64,000 nucleotides of DNA from an uncultured beta proteobacterium (GCA_963844255.1 CAWJNP010000018.1:14847-78846); one strand, 5' to 3'. Shown: positions 30,773 through 40,412, numbered from the stretch's first letter. Notes: generated by a model not told the origin, from the sequence alone. Translations and numbers: made by a program.

Positions 30773-32221
30773 TTACTGCGGGCCGCCGCCGGCTTCGCGC
30801 TGGCGGCGCAGTTCGCGCATGTACTTGATGCGATCCTCCTGCGACATTTTTTTCACTTCCTCGCCGAATTCGCCGCGCTCGATGCGCGCGTTGACCTCGG
30901 CCCAGCGCTTCGCCCGTGCCTCCGGCGAGAGCGCCGCGCCGCCGCCCGGTCCCGTCGTGCCGCCCTTGGCAGCGCCGCCCTTGCGCGGCGCGGTGGCCGC
31001 TGCGCGCGCCTCGGTGGTCGTCGCCTCGATCTTTGCGCCCTCGCGCAGCTTGTCGGCGCCGTCGACGACGACGCTCTCGCCGGCCGCAAGCCCCGATTCG
31101 ACCGCCACGGACTCGCCCTGCACCGGTCCGAGTTTCACCTTGCGCACGCTCACCGTGCTGTCGGGTTTGACGACGTAGACGTAGGTGCCCGGGGTACCAC
31201 GCTGTACCGCTGCGCCCGGAATCAGGACTGCATCGGGCTTCACATCGACCAGCATGCGCACGTTGGCGAACTGGCTGGGGAACAGCGCGTTGTCGGCGTT
31301 CGCAAACTGCGCCTTGAGCTTCACCGTGCCCGTGGCCGGGTCGATCTGGTTGTCGACCGTCAGCAGCGCGCCGCTCGCAAGCCTGACCTTGTCCGCGCGG
31401 TCGTAGGCATCCACCGGGAGTTTCGCGCCGGCGCGCAGTTTGGCCATGACCGGCGGCAGGCTGTCTTCCGGGATCGAGAACACCACGGCGATCGGCTGCA
31501 GCTGGGTGATGACGACCAGCCCGTTGGCGTCCCCTGCGCGCACCATGTTGCCGCTGTCCACCTGGCGCAGGCCGAGGCGCCCGCTGACCGGCGCGGTGAT
31601 CCGGCAGTAGGACAACTGCAGCCTTGCGGATTCGATGGCCGCCTGGTTGATCTTGACGGTACCCTCGTACTGGCGCACCAGGGCCTCCTGCGTGTCGACC
31701 TGCTGCTTCGCGATCGAATCCTGCTCCTGCAATGTGCGGTAGCGCTCGAGGTCGATGCGCGCGTTCTTCAGCAAGGCCTGGTCGCGCGCCATCTGCCCTT
31801 CAGCCGTGGCGAGCTGCACCTGGTAGGGACGGGGGTCGATCTCCGCGAGCAGGTCGCCCGCGCGCACCACCTGGCCCTCCTTGAAGGCGACGCGCATCAG
31901 TTGTCCGTCGATCCGGCTCTTTACGACCACAGTAGCCAGCGGCGTCACCGAACCGAGCCCGGCGAGAATGACATTGACCTCACCGGACTTCGCGGGCGCC
32001 GTAATCACCGGCGTCGCCAGCGACCCGGGACCGAAGCGCCCCTTGCCCTTGCCCGGACCCGGCTTTGCGGTGTCGCCGGCGGCAGGGTTCCCGCTCTGAA
32101 ATCCACCCTGCTGGTAGTAATACGCAGCCCCGGCGCCTGCGGCAATCAAGATGACCGCCACCGGCCAGATCCAGCGCCACCTGCGGTTTGAACGGGTTCC
32201 TGATGCGTTGGATTCGGGCAT
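30773..32221 (-). CDS. mdtA: RND adaptor (MdtA-like) with about 85-aa C-terminal extension
   Basis: Start chosen at [31 protein letters not shown] (TM anchor), complement 32219-32221. It has an MFP core. The tail ...[68 protein letters not shown] extends beyond the usual MFP end. Confidence 0.85.
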   Translation of the reverse strand: MPESNASGTRSNRRWRWIWPVAVILIAAGAGAAYYYQQGGFQSGNPAAGDTAKPGPGKGKGRFGPGSLATPVITAPAKSGEVNVILAGLGSVTPLATVVVKSRIDGQLMRVAFKEGQVVRAGDLLAEIDPRPYQVQLATAEGQMARDQALLKNARIDLERYRTLQEQDSIAKQQVDTQEALVRQYEGTVKINQAAIESARLQLSYCRITAPVSGRLGLRQVDSGNMVRAGDANGLVVITQLQPIAVVFSIPEDSLPPVMAKLRAGAKLPVDAYDRADKVRLASGALLTVDNQIDPATGTVKLKAQFANADNALFPSQFANVRMLVDVKPDAVLIPGAAVQRGTPGTYVYVVKPDSTVSVRKVKLGPVQGESVAVESGLAAGESVVVDGADKLREGAKIEATTTEARAAATAPRKGGAAKGGTTGPGGGAALSPEARAKRWAEVNARIERGEFGEEVKKMSQEDRIKYMRELRRQREAGGGPQ

Positions 32222-32451
32222 GGTCGGGACTTCCGGGTATCGCGCCGGCGGCGCGGGATGCTGATACGGCTTTATAGCGGTTCGCGCGGTTCGCGGGCAA
32301 TGCTTCCTTGTAACACTTTGTAGCACTTGCACGACCGCCTGCACCTGCGCCCGCCCACCAGGGCGCCGAATGGATAGAATGCGCGCATCAATTCCCGTGC
32401 CCGGAAACGAGGCCGCTGGATTCGATTCACACCATCATTCAAGGAACCCTC

Positions 32452-33126
32452 ATGAGAATTTTCCTGTCCGGCGTATCCGCCGTCCTGTGCGTCGGCCTCG
32501 CCGCTGCACCCGCGTTTGCTGCGGACCCCGCCAACGACACGCAGAAAACCCTGTATGCGCTCGGCGTCGCAATGAGCCAGTCGCTGGGCGACTTCTCGCT
32601 GACCGCGGCGGAGATCGAGTTCGTCAAGGCGGGCCTCGCCGACGGCGTGCTCAAGAACCCGCTGAAAGTGGAGATGCAGACCTACGGCCCGAAAATACAG
32701 CCCCTGGCCCAGGCGCGCGCCGAGGCGATTGCCAAGCAGGAGACGGCGAAGGGCGCAGGCTTTCTGACCAAGGCCGCCGCCGAGGCAGGCGCGAAGAAAA
32801 CCGCGTCCGGTGCGATCGTGAAGGTCATCAAGGAAGGCACGGGCAAGACGCCGACGGCCGCCGACACGGTCAAGGTTCACTACCACGGCACGCTGATCGA
32901 CGGCACGGTGTTCGACAGCTCGGTCAAGCGCGGCGAGCCGGCCACGTTTCCGCTGAGCGGCGTGATCAAGTGCTGGACCGAGGGCGTGCAGCAGATCAAG
33001 GTCGGCGGCAAGAGCCGGCTGGTCTGTCCGGCTGCGCTGGCGTACGGCGACCGTGGATCGCCGCCGGTGATCAAGCCAGGTGCGACGCTGGTGTTCGAGG
33101 TTGAATTGCTCGAAATCGTCAAATAG
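32452..33126 (+). CDS. Periplasmic FKBP-type peptidyl-prolyl cis-trans isomerase (FkpA/Mip-like)
   Basis: Signal peptide ...AAAPAFAADP. The FKBP core is VKVHYHGTLIDGTVFDSSVKRGEPATFPLSGVIKCWTEGVQQIKVGGKSRLVCPAALAYGDRG...PGATLVFEVELLEI. Confidence 0.9.
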   Translation: MRIFLSGVSAVLCVGLAAAPAFAADPANDTQKTLYALGVAMSQSLGDFSLTAAEIEFVKAGLADGVLKNPLKVEMQTYGPKIQPLAQARAEAIAKQETAKGAGFLTKAAAEAGAKKTASGAIVKVIKEGTGKTPTAADTVKVHYHGTLIDGTVFDSSVKRGEPATFPLSGVIKCWTEGVQQIKVGGKSRLVCPAALAYGDRGSPPVIKPGATLVFEVELLEIVK

Positions 33127-33256
33127 GAGAAGAGGGGGCTGCGCGCCCCCTCCTCAGACCTCCCCGCGAGGAGAAGAGGGGGCTGCGCGCCCCCTCCTCA
33201 GACCTCCACACTAGGAGAAGAGGGGGCTGTGGCCCCCTCCTCAGACCTCCCCCCGC
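33125..33256. repeat. Three tandem copies of a 44-bp GC-hairpin unit (REP/BIME-like)
   Basis: Units start at 33125, 33169 and 33213: AGGAGAAGAGGGGGCTGCGCGCCCCCTCCTCAGACCTCC + 5 nt. Each has an 8-bp stem GAGGGGGC/GCCCCCTC. Copy 3 has a loop variant (TGTG, 1 nt shorter). The array fills the convergent gap between the FKBP gene and the hydroxylase gene. Confidence 0.9.
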
Positions 33257-33276
33257 CCTACGCTTTAGGGGTCAGC

Positions 33277-34470
33277 CTATGCTTTGGGGATTGTGATGCC
33301 GTTGTAGAGCCAGGCCATGGCCTGGCCGGGCGGGCCGGCGGAAGGCTCGGCCAGCCACTGGTTGCGCAGTTCGCGCACCACGCCCGCAGCGTGGTAGATG
33401 TCGCCGTAATAGCGCGCCGTCATCTGCACGCGCCCGGTCCGGAGGTATCTCGCCTCCTGGTACTTGAGAAACGCACTGGCGAAGTCTCCTCCGGTGATTT
33501 CCGCGTACGCCGCAAGTACGACCGCATCCTCGATCGCCATGTTGGCGCCCTGCGCGAGGTACTGGAGCATCGGATGCGCGGCGTCACCGAGCAGGGTGAC
33601 CCGGCCCCTGGACCATTCGCGGTTCGGCTCCCGGTCGCACAGCACCCACATCTTCCATACGTTGATCTTGTCGAGCAGCCGCTTCACCTCGGGCTGCTCG
33701 TCGGCGAACTTGCGCTTAAGTTCGTCCGGGTCGCCGAACACGTCCCAGCCTTCCTCGTAACGATCGCTGTGGAACACCGCGACCAGGTTGTACAACTCGC
33801 CACGGCGCAGCGGGTAATGCACCAGATGCGTCTTCGGCCCGGCCCACAGGACGACGTTGTTCTGCCACAGGTCGTCCGGCACTTCCGAGCGCGGCAGCAC
33901 GGCCCGATACGCGATATGCCCCGACACCCGCGGCGCGCCGTCGCCGAGCATCTGCTGGCGGACCGCGGACCACAGTCCGTCGCAGCCGATCAGCGCGCAC
34001 CCCTCGATCGGTTCGTCGCCCTCGAGCTGCAGTTTCACGTGCGTGCCAAGATCCTCGTAGCGCAGCACCTTCCTCGAAACATGCAGCTCGACGTTCGGCT
34101 CGGCAGCACAGGCGTCGAGAAACACCTGGTGCAGGTCACCGCGATGGATCACGCCGTACATGTATCCGCCAAAGCGCTGCCGGTAGCCTTCCCCGCCCAC
34201 GGGCAGGCTGGCAACCTTCTCTCCGGTCAGGGCGTCCATCATCACCAGGTTCTCGGGGTGTGCCGACCAGCGCTCGATGGCGTCATGCAGGCCCAGTTCC
34301 TCGAACATCCGGTACACGTTCGGCCCGAGCTGGATGCCCGCGCCGATCTCCCTGAATTCGGCGCCTTGCTCGAAGACCTCGACCTTGAATCCCTTGCGCG
34401 CAAGCGCCAGCGCAGCCGCCAGACCACCGATGCCGCCACCGGCGACCAGTACGGGAAGCACTGCACTCAT
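33277..34470 (-). CDS. FAD-dependent aromatic monooxygenase, 3-hydroxybenzoate 6-hydroxylase-like
   Basis: 397 aa. VLVAGGGIGGLAAALALARKG, EIGAGIQLGPN, the DG motif CDGLWSAVR, and LLGDAAHPMLQYLAQGANMAIEDA. Confidence 0.8.
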   Translation of the reverse strand: MSAVLPVLVAGGGIGGLAAALALARKGFKVEVFEQGAEFREIGAGIQLGPNVYRMFEELGLHDAIERWSAHPENLVMMDALTGEKVASLPVGGEGYRQRFGGYMYGVIHRGDLHQVFLDACAAEPNVELHVSRKVLRYEDLGTHVKLQLEGDEPIEGCALIGCDGLWSAVRQQMLGDGAPRVSGHIAYRAVLPRSEVPDDLWQNNVVLWAGPKTHLVHYPLRRGELYNLVAVFHSDRYEEGWDVFGDPDELKRKFADEQPEVKRLLDKINVWKMWVLCDREPNREWSRGRVTLLGDAAHPMLQYLAQGANMAIEDAVVLAAYAEITGGDFASAFLKYQEARYLRTGRVQMTARYYGDIYHAAGVVRELRNQWLAEPSAGPPGQAMAWLYNGITIPKA

Positions 34471-35630
34471 GCCGCCTCTCCCGCGATCAGGCCGCGATCG
34501 ATTTCCGCGATCGTCCGGGCACCGCAGAGCTGCATGTTGCGCACCAGTTCATCTGCGAGGATCGCGAGCGCCCGCATCGCGCCCGGCTCACCGCCCGCGG
34601 ACGCGCCGTAGAGCGTCGGACGCCCGGCACATGCGGCCTGCGCGCCCAAGGCGCGCGCCTTGATCAGGTCGACCCCGCGACGCACGCCGCCATCGAGCAG
34701 CACCGGCACCCTGCCCCCGACCGCCCCGAGCACGGCCGGCAACGAATCGAGCGTGGCCAGGGCGGCATCCAGCTGGCGTCCGCCATGGTTGGAGATCCAG
34801 ATGCAATCGGCGCCCATCTCCACGATGCGGGCCGCGTCGTCAGCGCGCGACACGCCTTTCACGATCAGCTTTCCCTTCCACAGGTCGCGCAGGCGCCGCA
34901 GGCCGTTGTCGTCGAACGACGCGTCCAGGTTCTGCCCGACCGCGGAGGAAATAGACACCAAAGTCTCGGACTTCTTTGCAGTGAACCCGCGCAGATTCTC
35001 GAGCATCGGCAGGCCGCCGTTGGCGATCACCCGCAATGCCCAGTGCGGCTTTCCAAGCGCCTCCAGCATCTGCCAGGCACGCGGACGGAACGGCTGGGTA
35101 AAGCGATTGTAGGAATCGCGCTCGCGCTTGCCGCCCACCGGGAGGTCCACCGTGACCACCAGCGCCTCGTAGCCGGCGGCCCAGGCACGCTTCACCAGCT
35201 TGTCAGTGAAGTCCCGGTCGTAGAGCACATACAACTGGAACCAGCGCCGGCCATCGCCATTGGCTTCGGCAACGGCTTCAATGCTCGCCGTGGCCGTCGT
35301 CGACAGGGTGAACGGGACGCCATAGTGCGCTGCGGCGCGGGCGATGGCCAGGTCGGCGCCGGGCCAGGCGATGCCGATGCCCCCGGTGGGTGCGATCACC
35401 AGCGGCAGCCTGGACGGGCCGCCGAGGATCTCGCAGGAAGTGTCGATCTTCGAGACGTCGCGCAGCACGCGCGGCGCAATGCGCACCCGCTCGTACGCGG
35501 CGCGGTTGTCGCGCAGTGCGACTTCGTCCTCGGCGCCGCCGTCGAAGAAATCAAAGATGGCGCGCGGCAGGCGACGCTTCGCGCTCTTTCGCAAATCGCC
35601 GATATTTACCGCGTCGGAAAAATGAGGCAT
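34467..35630 (-). CDS. FMN-dependent alpha-hydroxy-acid dehydrogenase/oxidase (LldD/mandelate dehydrogenase family)
   Basis: MPHFSDAVNIGDLRKSAKRRLPRAIFDFFDGGAEDE..., ...SNHGGRQLD..., ...DGGVRRGVDLIKARALGA. The ATG at complement 35628-35630 is preferred over the upstream extension. The stop overlaps the hydroxylase ATG. Confidence 0.85.
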   Translation of the reverse strand: MPHFSDAVNIGDLRKSAKRRLPRAIFDFFDGGAEDEVALRDNRAAYERVRIAPRVLRDVSKIDTSCEILGGPSRLPLVIAPTGGIGIAWPGADLAIARAAAHYGVPFTLSTTATASIEAVAEANGDGRRWFQLYVLYDRDFTDKLVKRAWAAGYEALVVTVDLPVGGKRERDSYNRFTQPFRPRAWQMLEALGKPHWALRVIANGGLPMLENLRGFTAKKSETLVSISSAVGQNLDASFDDNGLRRLRDLWKGKLIVKGVSRADDAARIVEMGADCIWISNHGGRQLDAALATLDSLPAVLGAVGGRVPVLLDGGVRRGVDLIKARALGAQAACAGRPTLYGASAGGEPGAMRALAILADELVRNMQLCGARTIAEIDRGLIAGEAA

Positions 35631-35755
35631 ACGGGCTTCCATGGCAGAGGCAGGGGACTTCAGCGCGAAGTTTACCCCGCGGCGAAACGGAGTTTCGCCA
35701 GCCCTCCGGCTGCGGGCATAATTGCGCCTTCGTTCCCGAAGGAAAACCCATTCCC

Positions 35756-36676
35756 ATGGCCGCAACCCAGCGCATCACCGGCGTGCTCTCGCCGGTCGTC
35801 ACCCCGTTCCGCAAGGATCTTTCGCCCGATGTCGACCGTTTTGTCCGCCACTGCAAGTGGCTCATGAAAAACGGCTGCTCGGGACTCGCGGTGTTCGGCA
35901 CCAATAGCGAAGCGAACTCGATGTCGGTGGACGAAAAGCTCGAACTGCTCGAAGCACTGGTCAAGGGCGGCGTGCCGGCCGCAGCGCTGATGCCGGGAAC
36001 CGGCGCCTGCGCGCTGACTGATTCGGTCAAACTCACTTCTGCCGCGGTCAAGCTCGGCTGTGGCGGTGTGCTGATGCTGCCGCCGTTCTACTACAAGGGT
36101 GTGTCCGACGAGGGCCTGTACCGGAACTTCGCCGAAATCATCGAGCGCGTCGGAGACGATCGCCTGCGCCTGTACCTGTACCACATCCCCCCGGTGTCGG
36201 CCGTGCCGATCACGATGGCGCTGATCGAGCGGCTGCTGGGCAAGTACCCGGGCATCGTCGCAGGAGCGAAGGATTCCTCCGGCGACTGGTCGAACACCAA
36301 GGCCATGCTCGACAACTTCGCCAAGGCCGGCTTCGACGTGTTCGCGGGCAGCGAGGTATTCCTTCTCGACAACCTGCGCAACGGCGGCAAGGGCTGCATC
36401 ACCGCCACCGGGAACGTGAACCCGGGGCCGATCGACAACGTCTACCGCAACTGGCGCGGGCCGGATGCCGACAAGCTGCAGGCGGGCATCACCGCAACGC
36501 GCAACATCGTGCAGAAGGTGCCGATGATCCCCGCGCTCAAGGCCATCATTGCGCATTTCGGCAACGACCCGCAGTGGAAGACCGTGCGCCCGCCGCTGAC
36601 CGAACTGTCCGCCGAACACGAGAAGCAGGTGATCACCGAGTTGAGGGGCGCCGGCTTCACGATGCCAGGCCTGTGA
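35756..36676 (+). CDS. Dihydrodipicolinate synthase/N-acetylneuraminate lyase family (class I aldolase/dehydratase)
   Basis: MAATQRITGVLSPVVTPF..., GLAVFGTNSEANSMS, LYHIPPVSAV, GAKDSSGD (Schiff-base Lys region). 306 aa. Confidence 0.85.
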   Translation: MAATQRITGVLSPVVTPFRKDLSPDVDRFVRHCKWLMKNGCSGLAVFGTNSEANSMSVDEKLELLEALVKGGVPAAALMPGTGACALTDSVKLTSAAVKLGCGGVLMLPPFYYKGVSDEGLYRNFAEIIERVGDDRLRLYLYHIPPVSAVPITMALIERLLGKYPGIVAGAKDSSGDWSNTKAMLDNFAKAGFDVFAGSEVFLLDNLRNGGKGCITATGNVNPGPIDNVYRNWRGPDADKLQAGITATRNIVQKVPMIPALKAIIAHFGNDPQWKTVRPPLTELSAEHEKQVITELRGAGFTMPGL

Positions 36677-36686
36677 GCCGGCGCGC

Positions 36687-37380
36687 GTGCGCACCGCACT
36701 GATCACGGGCGCCGGTCGCGGCATCGGCCTGGCCACCACGCGCGCGTTCCTTGGCGCCGGCTGGCGGGTCCTCGCGCTCGACAAGGACTTCTCGAACTTC
36801 GACGCGACCGGCGAAGTGCAGCGCATCGAGTACGACCTGACCAACATCGCGGGCATCGCGGCGATGGCTGCGACTCTGGGCGAAGTCGACACCCTGGTGA
36901 ACAACGCCGGGCGTGCTCTATTGCGAGCCCTACGACGCCATTCCCGATGCCCACAAGCGCGAGATCATCGCCGTCAACCTCGAGGCCCCGGTGGCATTGA
37001 TCGCTGCGCTTTCGCCGCAGATGGTGGCGCGCAAGCGGGGGCGGATCGTGAACGTGGGATCGGTGGCAGCCTTCACCGGCCATCCCGACCTCTGGTACGG
37101 GATCACCAAGGCCGGGCTGCTCAATCTCACCAAGAGCTGGGCCACGCAACTCGGTCGTCACGGCGTGCTGGTCAATGCGGTTGCGCCCGGCCCGACCCAC
37201 ACCGACATGTACGAGCAGCTGCCGCAGTCGCGAAAGGACATGGTCGAGCGTAGCGTCTATTCGGCCCGTGCCGCACGGCCCTCTGAAGTCGCCGAGGCGA
37301 TCCTGTGGCTGGGCTCGGCCTCGCCCGAGTACGTCAACGGCACCACGCTGGACTGCAACAACGGCTCCTACCCGCGCTGA
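36687..37380 (+). pseudogene. Short-chain dehydrogenase/reductase (SDR), one +1 insertion as assembled
   Basis: (GTG)RTALITGAGRGIGLATTRAF...VNNAG / VLYCEPYD...NVGSVAAFTGHPDLWYGITKAGLLNLTKS...NAVAPGPTHTDM. TGxxxGIG, NNAG and YxxxK are all present. The frame shifts at the GGG run 36909-36911. Confidence 0.8.
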
Positions 37381-37444
37381 TCCGGCGCGCCGCTAGAATG
37401 CTCCGGATCCAACCAGGAGACACATCCATGAAAGGAAGCCGCCG

Positions 37445-38308
37445 ATGAACAGCCTGCGCAGCATGCTCGCCGCGCGCGAATTCATCACCGCCCCCGGCGT
37501 GTTCGAGATGTTCTCCGCCAAGATCGCCGACCGGATGGATTTCAAGGCCCTGTACATGACGGGCTATGGCGTCTCGGTCTCGCACCTTGGCGTGGCGGAC
37601 GCGGGCCTGGTCACCTACCGCGACATGGTCGAACGCGCCCGCACGATCGCCGGCGGCATCACCCGGCCGCTGATCGCGGACGCGGACACCGGCTTCGGCG
37701 GCCTGATCAACATCCGCGAAACCGTGCGCGGCTACGAAGCCGCCGGCGTGCAGGCGATCCAGATCGAGGACCAGGAGATGCCGAAGAAGTGCGGGCATAC
37801 GCCGAACCGCCGGGTGGTGCCGCTGAAGGACATGCAAAAGCGCATCGAAGTTGCGGTCGAGGCACGGCGCAGCACGGATTTCCTCGTCATCGCGCGCACC
37901 GACGCGCGCACTTCGCACGGCATCGACGAGGCAATCGCGCGCGGCAAGGCGTTTGCCGCAGCTGGTGCGGACGTCGTATTCGTCGAATCGCCGGAAACGG
38001 CGCTGGAGTTCGAGAAGGTCGGCACTGAGCTGGCCGGCGACGCGTGGCTTCTGGCCAATATGGTGCCGAGCGGTCGCTCGCCGGAAATCGCGCGCGAAAA
38101 ATTGATCGCGTGGGGCTATTCGATCGCGATCTATCCCAGCGTCGGCATGGCCGCCGCCTGCGCGGCCCTCGAGTCGGCCTACACGTACCTCGCGCAGCAC
38201 GGCAGCACGATCGGAAGCCCGGTGCCGTCCTTCAGCATGGACAGGATGCACGATCTGGCCGGATTCCCGGATGTCTGGGCGTTCGAGAAAAAGCACGCGG
38301 AGAGCTGA
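37445..38308 (+). CDS. Isocitrate lyase/PEP mutase superfamily enzyme (methylisocitrate-lyase / oxaloacetate-decarboxylase-like)
   Basis: 287 aa. ...APGVFEMFSAKIADRMDFKALYMTGYG..., ADADTGFGG, IQIEDQEMPKKCGH (the K-x-C-G-H catalytic loop of this superfamily). Confidence 0.85.
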   Translation: MNSLRSMLAAREFITAPGVFEMFSAKIADRMDFKALYMTGYGVSVSHLGVADAGLVTYRDMVERARTIAGGITRPLIADADTGFGGLINIRETVRGYEAAGVQAIQIEDQEMPKKCGHTPNRRVVPLKDMQKRIEVAVEARRSTDFLVIARTDARTSHGIDEAIARGKAFAAAGADVVFVESPETALEFEKVGTELAGDAWLLANMVPSGRSPEIAREKLIAWGYSIAIYPSVGMAAACAALESAYTYLAQHGSTIGSPVPSFSMDRMHDLAGFPDVWAFEKKHAES

Positions 38309-38310
38309 AC

Positions 38311-39693
38311 ATGGGCCGGACCCTGCTGGACAAGATCTGGGACGAACACGTGGTCGCCGACCTCGGCAGCGGCGTGTCACTGCTGCATGTGGACCGGCAC
38401 TACCTGCACGAACTGGCGGTGAGCCGCGGTTTTCCGACGCTTCGCGCGCACGGCACGCCCGTGCGAAACCCCGAGCTCAATTTCGCCACCGCGGACCACG
38501 TGATCTCCACCGCGCCCGGCCGCACCGGTGGCGCGTTTCCGTGGTCGGTCAAGGTCATGGACACCTTGCGTATCGAGACCGCGCAGGCGGGGATCCGTCT
38601 GTTCGACATCGGCCAGGACGGCCAGGGCATCCTGCACGTCATCGGCCCGGAACTCGGCCTCACCCTGCCGGGCACGACGGTGATCTGTGGCGACAGCCAC
38701 ACCTGCACCAACGGCGCGCTCGGCGCGCTGGCATTCGGTATCGGGATCAGCGAGGTGGTGCACATCCTCGCCACCCAGACCATCGTGCAGAAGAAGCCCC
38801 GGACCATGCGCGCCAGCCTCGAGGGCATGCTGCCCCGCGGGGTCTACGCGAAGGATCTGATCCTCGCGCTGATCGGCAAGATCGGCGCAGCGGGTGGGGC
38901 CGGATACGCGGTGGAATACGCGGGCAGCGCCGTACGCGCGCTCGACATCGAAGCGCGCATGACGCTGTGCAATCTGTCGATCGAACTGGGGGCCAAGATC
39001 GGCATGGTGGCGCCTGACGAGAAGACCTACGCGTACGTGCAGGGCCGCCGCTTTGCACCGGCCGGAGCGCAGTACGAAGCCGCCGTCGCCCACTGGAAGA
39101 CGCTCGCGACCGACACAGATGCGAAGTTCGATGCCGAGGTATTGCTCGATGTCTCCGCACTCGCACCGCAGATCACCTGGGGGACGAGCCCGGAGGACGT
39201 GATCGGCATCGACGCCAGGATTCCCGAGCCCGGGCACGTATCCAAGTCCGATGCGCTCGCCTACATGGGGCTTGCCGCCGGGGACCGGATCGCGGGAACC
39301 AAGGTCGACCGCGTGTTCGTCGGCTCATGCACCAACTCGCGCGTGTCCGACCTGCGTATCGCAGCCGGGGTCGTGCGCGGGCGCAAGGTCGCAAAGCATG
39401 TCGAGGCCTGGATCGTGCCCGGGTCGGTGGGGGTCAAACGCGAGGCAGAGGCCGAAGGCCTCGATCAGGTGTTCCTCGACGCCGGGTTCCAGTGGCGCGA
39501 GCCCGGCTGCTCCATGTGCGTGGGCGTCAACGAGGAATGGGCGGCACCGAAGGCGCGCTGCGTGTCGACCTCGAACCGCAATTTCGTCGGCCGGCAGGGA
39601 CCCGAGGTGCGCACACACCTCGCCAGCCCGGCCATGGCCGCAGCCGCCGCGATTGCCGGCGAGATCACCGACGTACGCGAATTTCTGGACTGA
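38311..39693 (+). CDS. Aconitase-family hydro-lyase large subunit (LeuC-like)
   Basis: 460 aa. MGRTLLDKIWDEHVV..., Fe-S cluster Cys contexts CGDSHT, GSCTNSR, CSMCVG. Confidence 0.9.
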   Translation: MGRTLLDKIWDEHVVADLGSGVSLLHVDRHYLHELAVSRGFPTLRAHGTPVRNPELNFATADHVISTAPGRTGGAFPWSVKVMDTLRIETAQAGIRLFDIGQDGQGILHVIGPELGLTLPGTTVICGDSHTCTNGALGALAFGIGISEVVHILATQTIVQKKPRTMRASLEGMLPRGVYAKDLILALIGKIGAAGGAGYAVEYAGSAVRALDIEARMTLCNLSIELGAKIGMVAPDEKTYAYVQGRRFAPAGAQYEAAVAHWKTLATDTDAKFDAEVLLDVSALAPQITWGTSPEDVIGIDARIPEPGHVSKSDALAYMGLAAGDRIAGTKVDRVFVGSCTNSRVSDLRIAAGVVRGRKVAKHVEAWIVPGSVGVKREAEAEGLDQVFLDAGFQWREPGCSMCVGVNEEWAAPKARCVSTSNRNFVGRQGPEVRTHLASPAMAAAAAIAGEITDVREFLD

Positions 39694-39695
39694 AC

Positions 39696-40310
39696 ATGGA
39701 AAAATTCACCACGCTCACCGCAATCGCCGCCTGGTACCCGAGGGACAACGTCGACACGGACCTCATCATCCGCGTCGAGCGCTGTGCCAAAGTGGAGAAG
39801 GAAGACCTCGGGCCGTATGCGTTCGAGATGGCGCGCTTCCTCCCGGACGGCAGCGACAATCCCGAGTTCCCGCTCAACCAGGGACCGTTCCGCCAGGCGC
39901 AGATCCTTGTCGGCAGCATCAATTTCGGTTGTGGCAGTTCGCGCGAAATGGCCGTGTGGGCGATTGCCGGGATGGGCATTCGCTGCGTGATCGCACCCTC
40001 GTTCGGCGAAATCTTCTTCGCGAACTGTTTTCAGAACGGGTTGCTGCCCGTGATCCTGCCGAACGACGTGGTGCAAGTACTTGGCGCGACACTGGCCGCA
40101 GACCCCGCGAACGCGCGCCTCACCGTGGACCTCGAACGGCAGGTGGTCGTCGCCCCGGATGGCGGGGAGCATGCGTTCGCGATCGAACCGCGCCGCAAGA
40201 AGGCGCTGCTCGAGGGCCTGGACGGCATCGCGCTGACCCAGCTTCACGAGTCCGACATCGCCGCCTTCCAGCAGAGAGACCGTCTCAAGCGGCCCTGGGT
40301 GTACGTCTGA
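39696..40310 (+). CDS. Aconitase-family hydro-lyase small subunit (LeuD-like)
   Basis: 204 aa. NVDTDLIIR..., NFGCGSSREMAVWA..., IAPSFGEIFFANCFQNGLLPV. It starts 2 nt after the large-subunit stop. Confidence 0.9.
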   Translation: MEKFTTLTAIAAWYPRDNVDTDLIIRVERCAKVEKEDLGPYAFEMARFLPDGSDNPEFPLNQGPFRQAQILVGSINFGCGSSREMAVWAIAGMGIRCVIAPSFGEIFFANCFQNGLLPVILPNDVVQVLGATLAADPANARLTVDLERQVVVAPDGGEHAFAIEPRRKKALLEGLDGIALTQLHESDIAAFQQRDRLKRPWVYV

Positions 40311-40366
40311 TTCTGTAACTTTTAAAAATAAAGACCAGCTCCAGGAGCCGGCCTTCGGTCAATCCG

Positions 40367-40384
40367 TGTATCGGTATCGATACA
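40367..40384. repeat. Near-perfect 18-bp palindrome TGTATCGGTATCGATACA (copy 2 of 2)
   Basis: 17/18 identical to 876-893. The shared left flank GTCAATnnG is present. This copy also sits in a convergent intergenic gap. Confidence 0.85.
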
Positions 40385-40412
40385 ACCCCGTCACCGGATG
40401 AGTTCGAACCAA

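Noticed and set aside
28105-30828. 907-aa plus-strand ORF opposite mdtB. Similar long antisense ORFs lie at 18197-19513, 24384-25691, 46637-48595, 57290-58936 and 35672-36904.
   Set aside because: All are fully embedded antisense to, or out of frame with, genes that have strong family signatures. Their R/A/G/D/H-dominated composition and lack of stops are explained by GC3 bias of the true genes.
33125-33256. Possible CRISPR array
   Set aside because: The repeats are directly adjacent with no unique spacers. There are only three units and no cas genes in the window.
37428-37448. Six-codon mini-ORF (MKGSRR) with an AGGAGA RBS whose TGA overlaps the ATG of the ICL-family gene; possible leader peptide
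   Set aside because: It could be chance. The downstream gene has its own AAGGAAG RBS. There is no attenuator-like structure or supporting evidence.
40394-40412. GAGTTCGAACC resembling a tRNA T-arm
   Set aside because: The flanks show no acceptor stem, anticodon arm or D-arm complementarity. It lies immediately 3' of a protein-gene stop.
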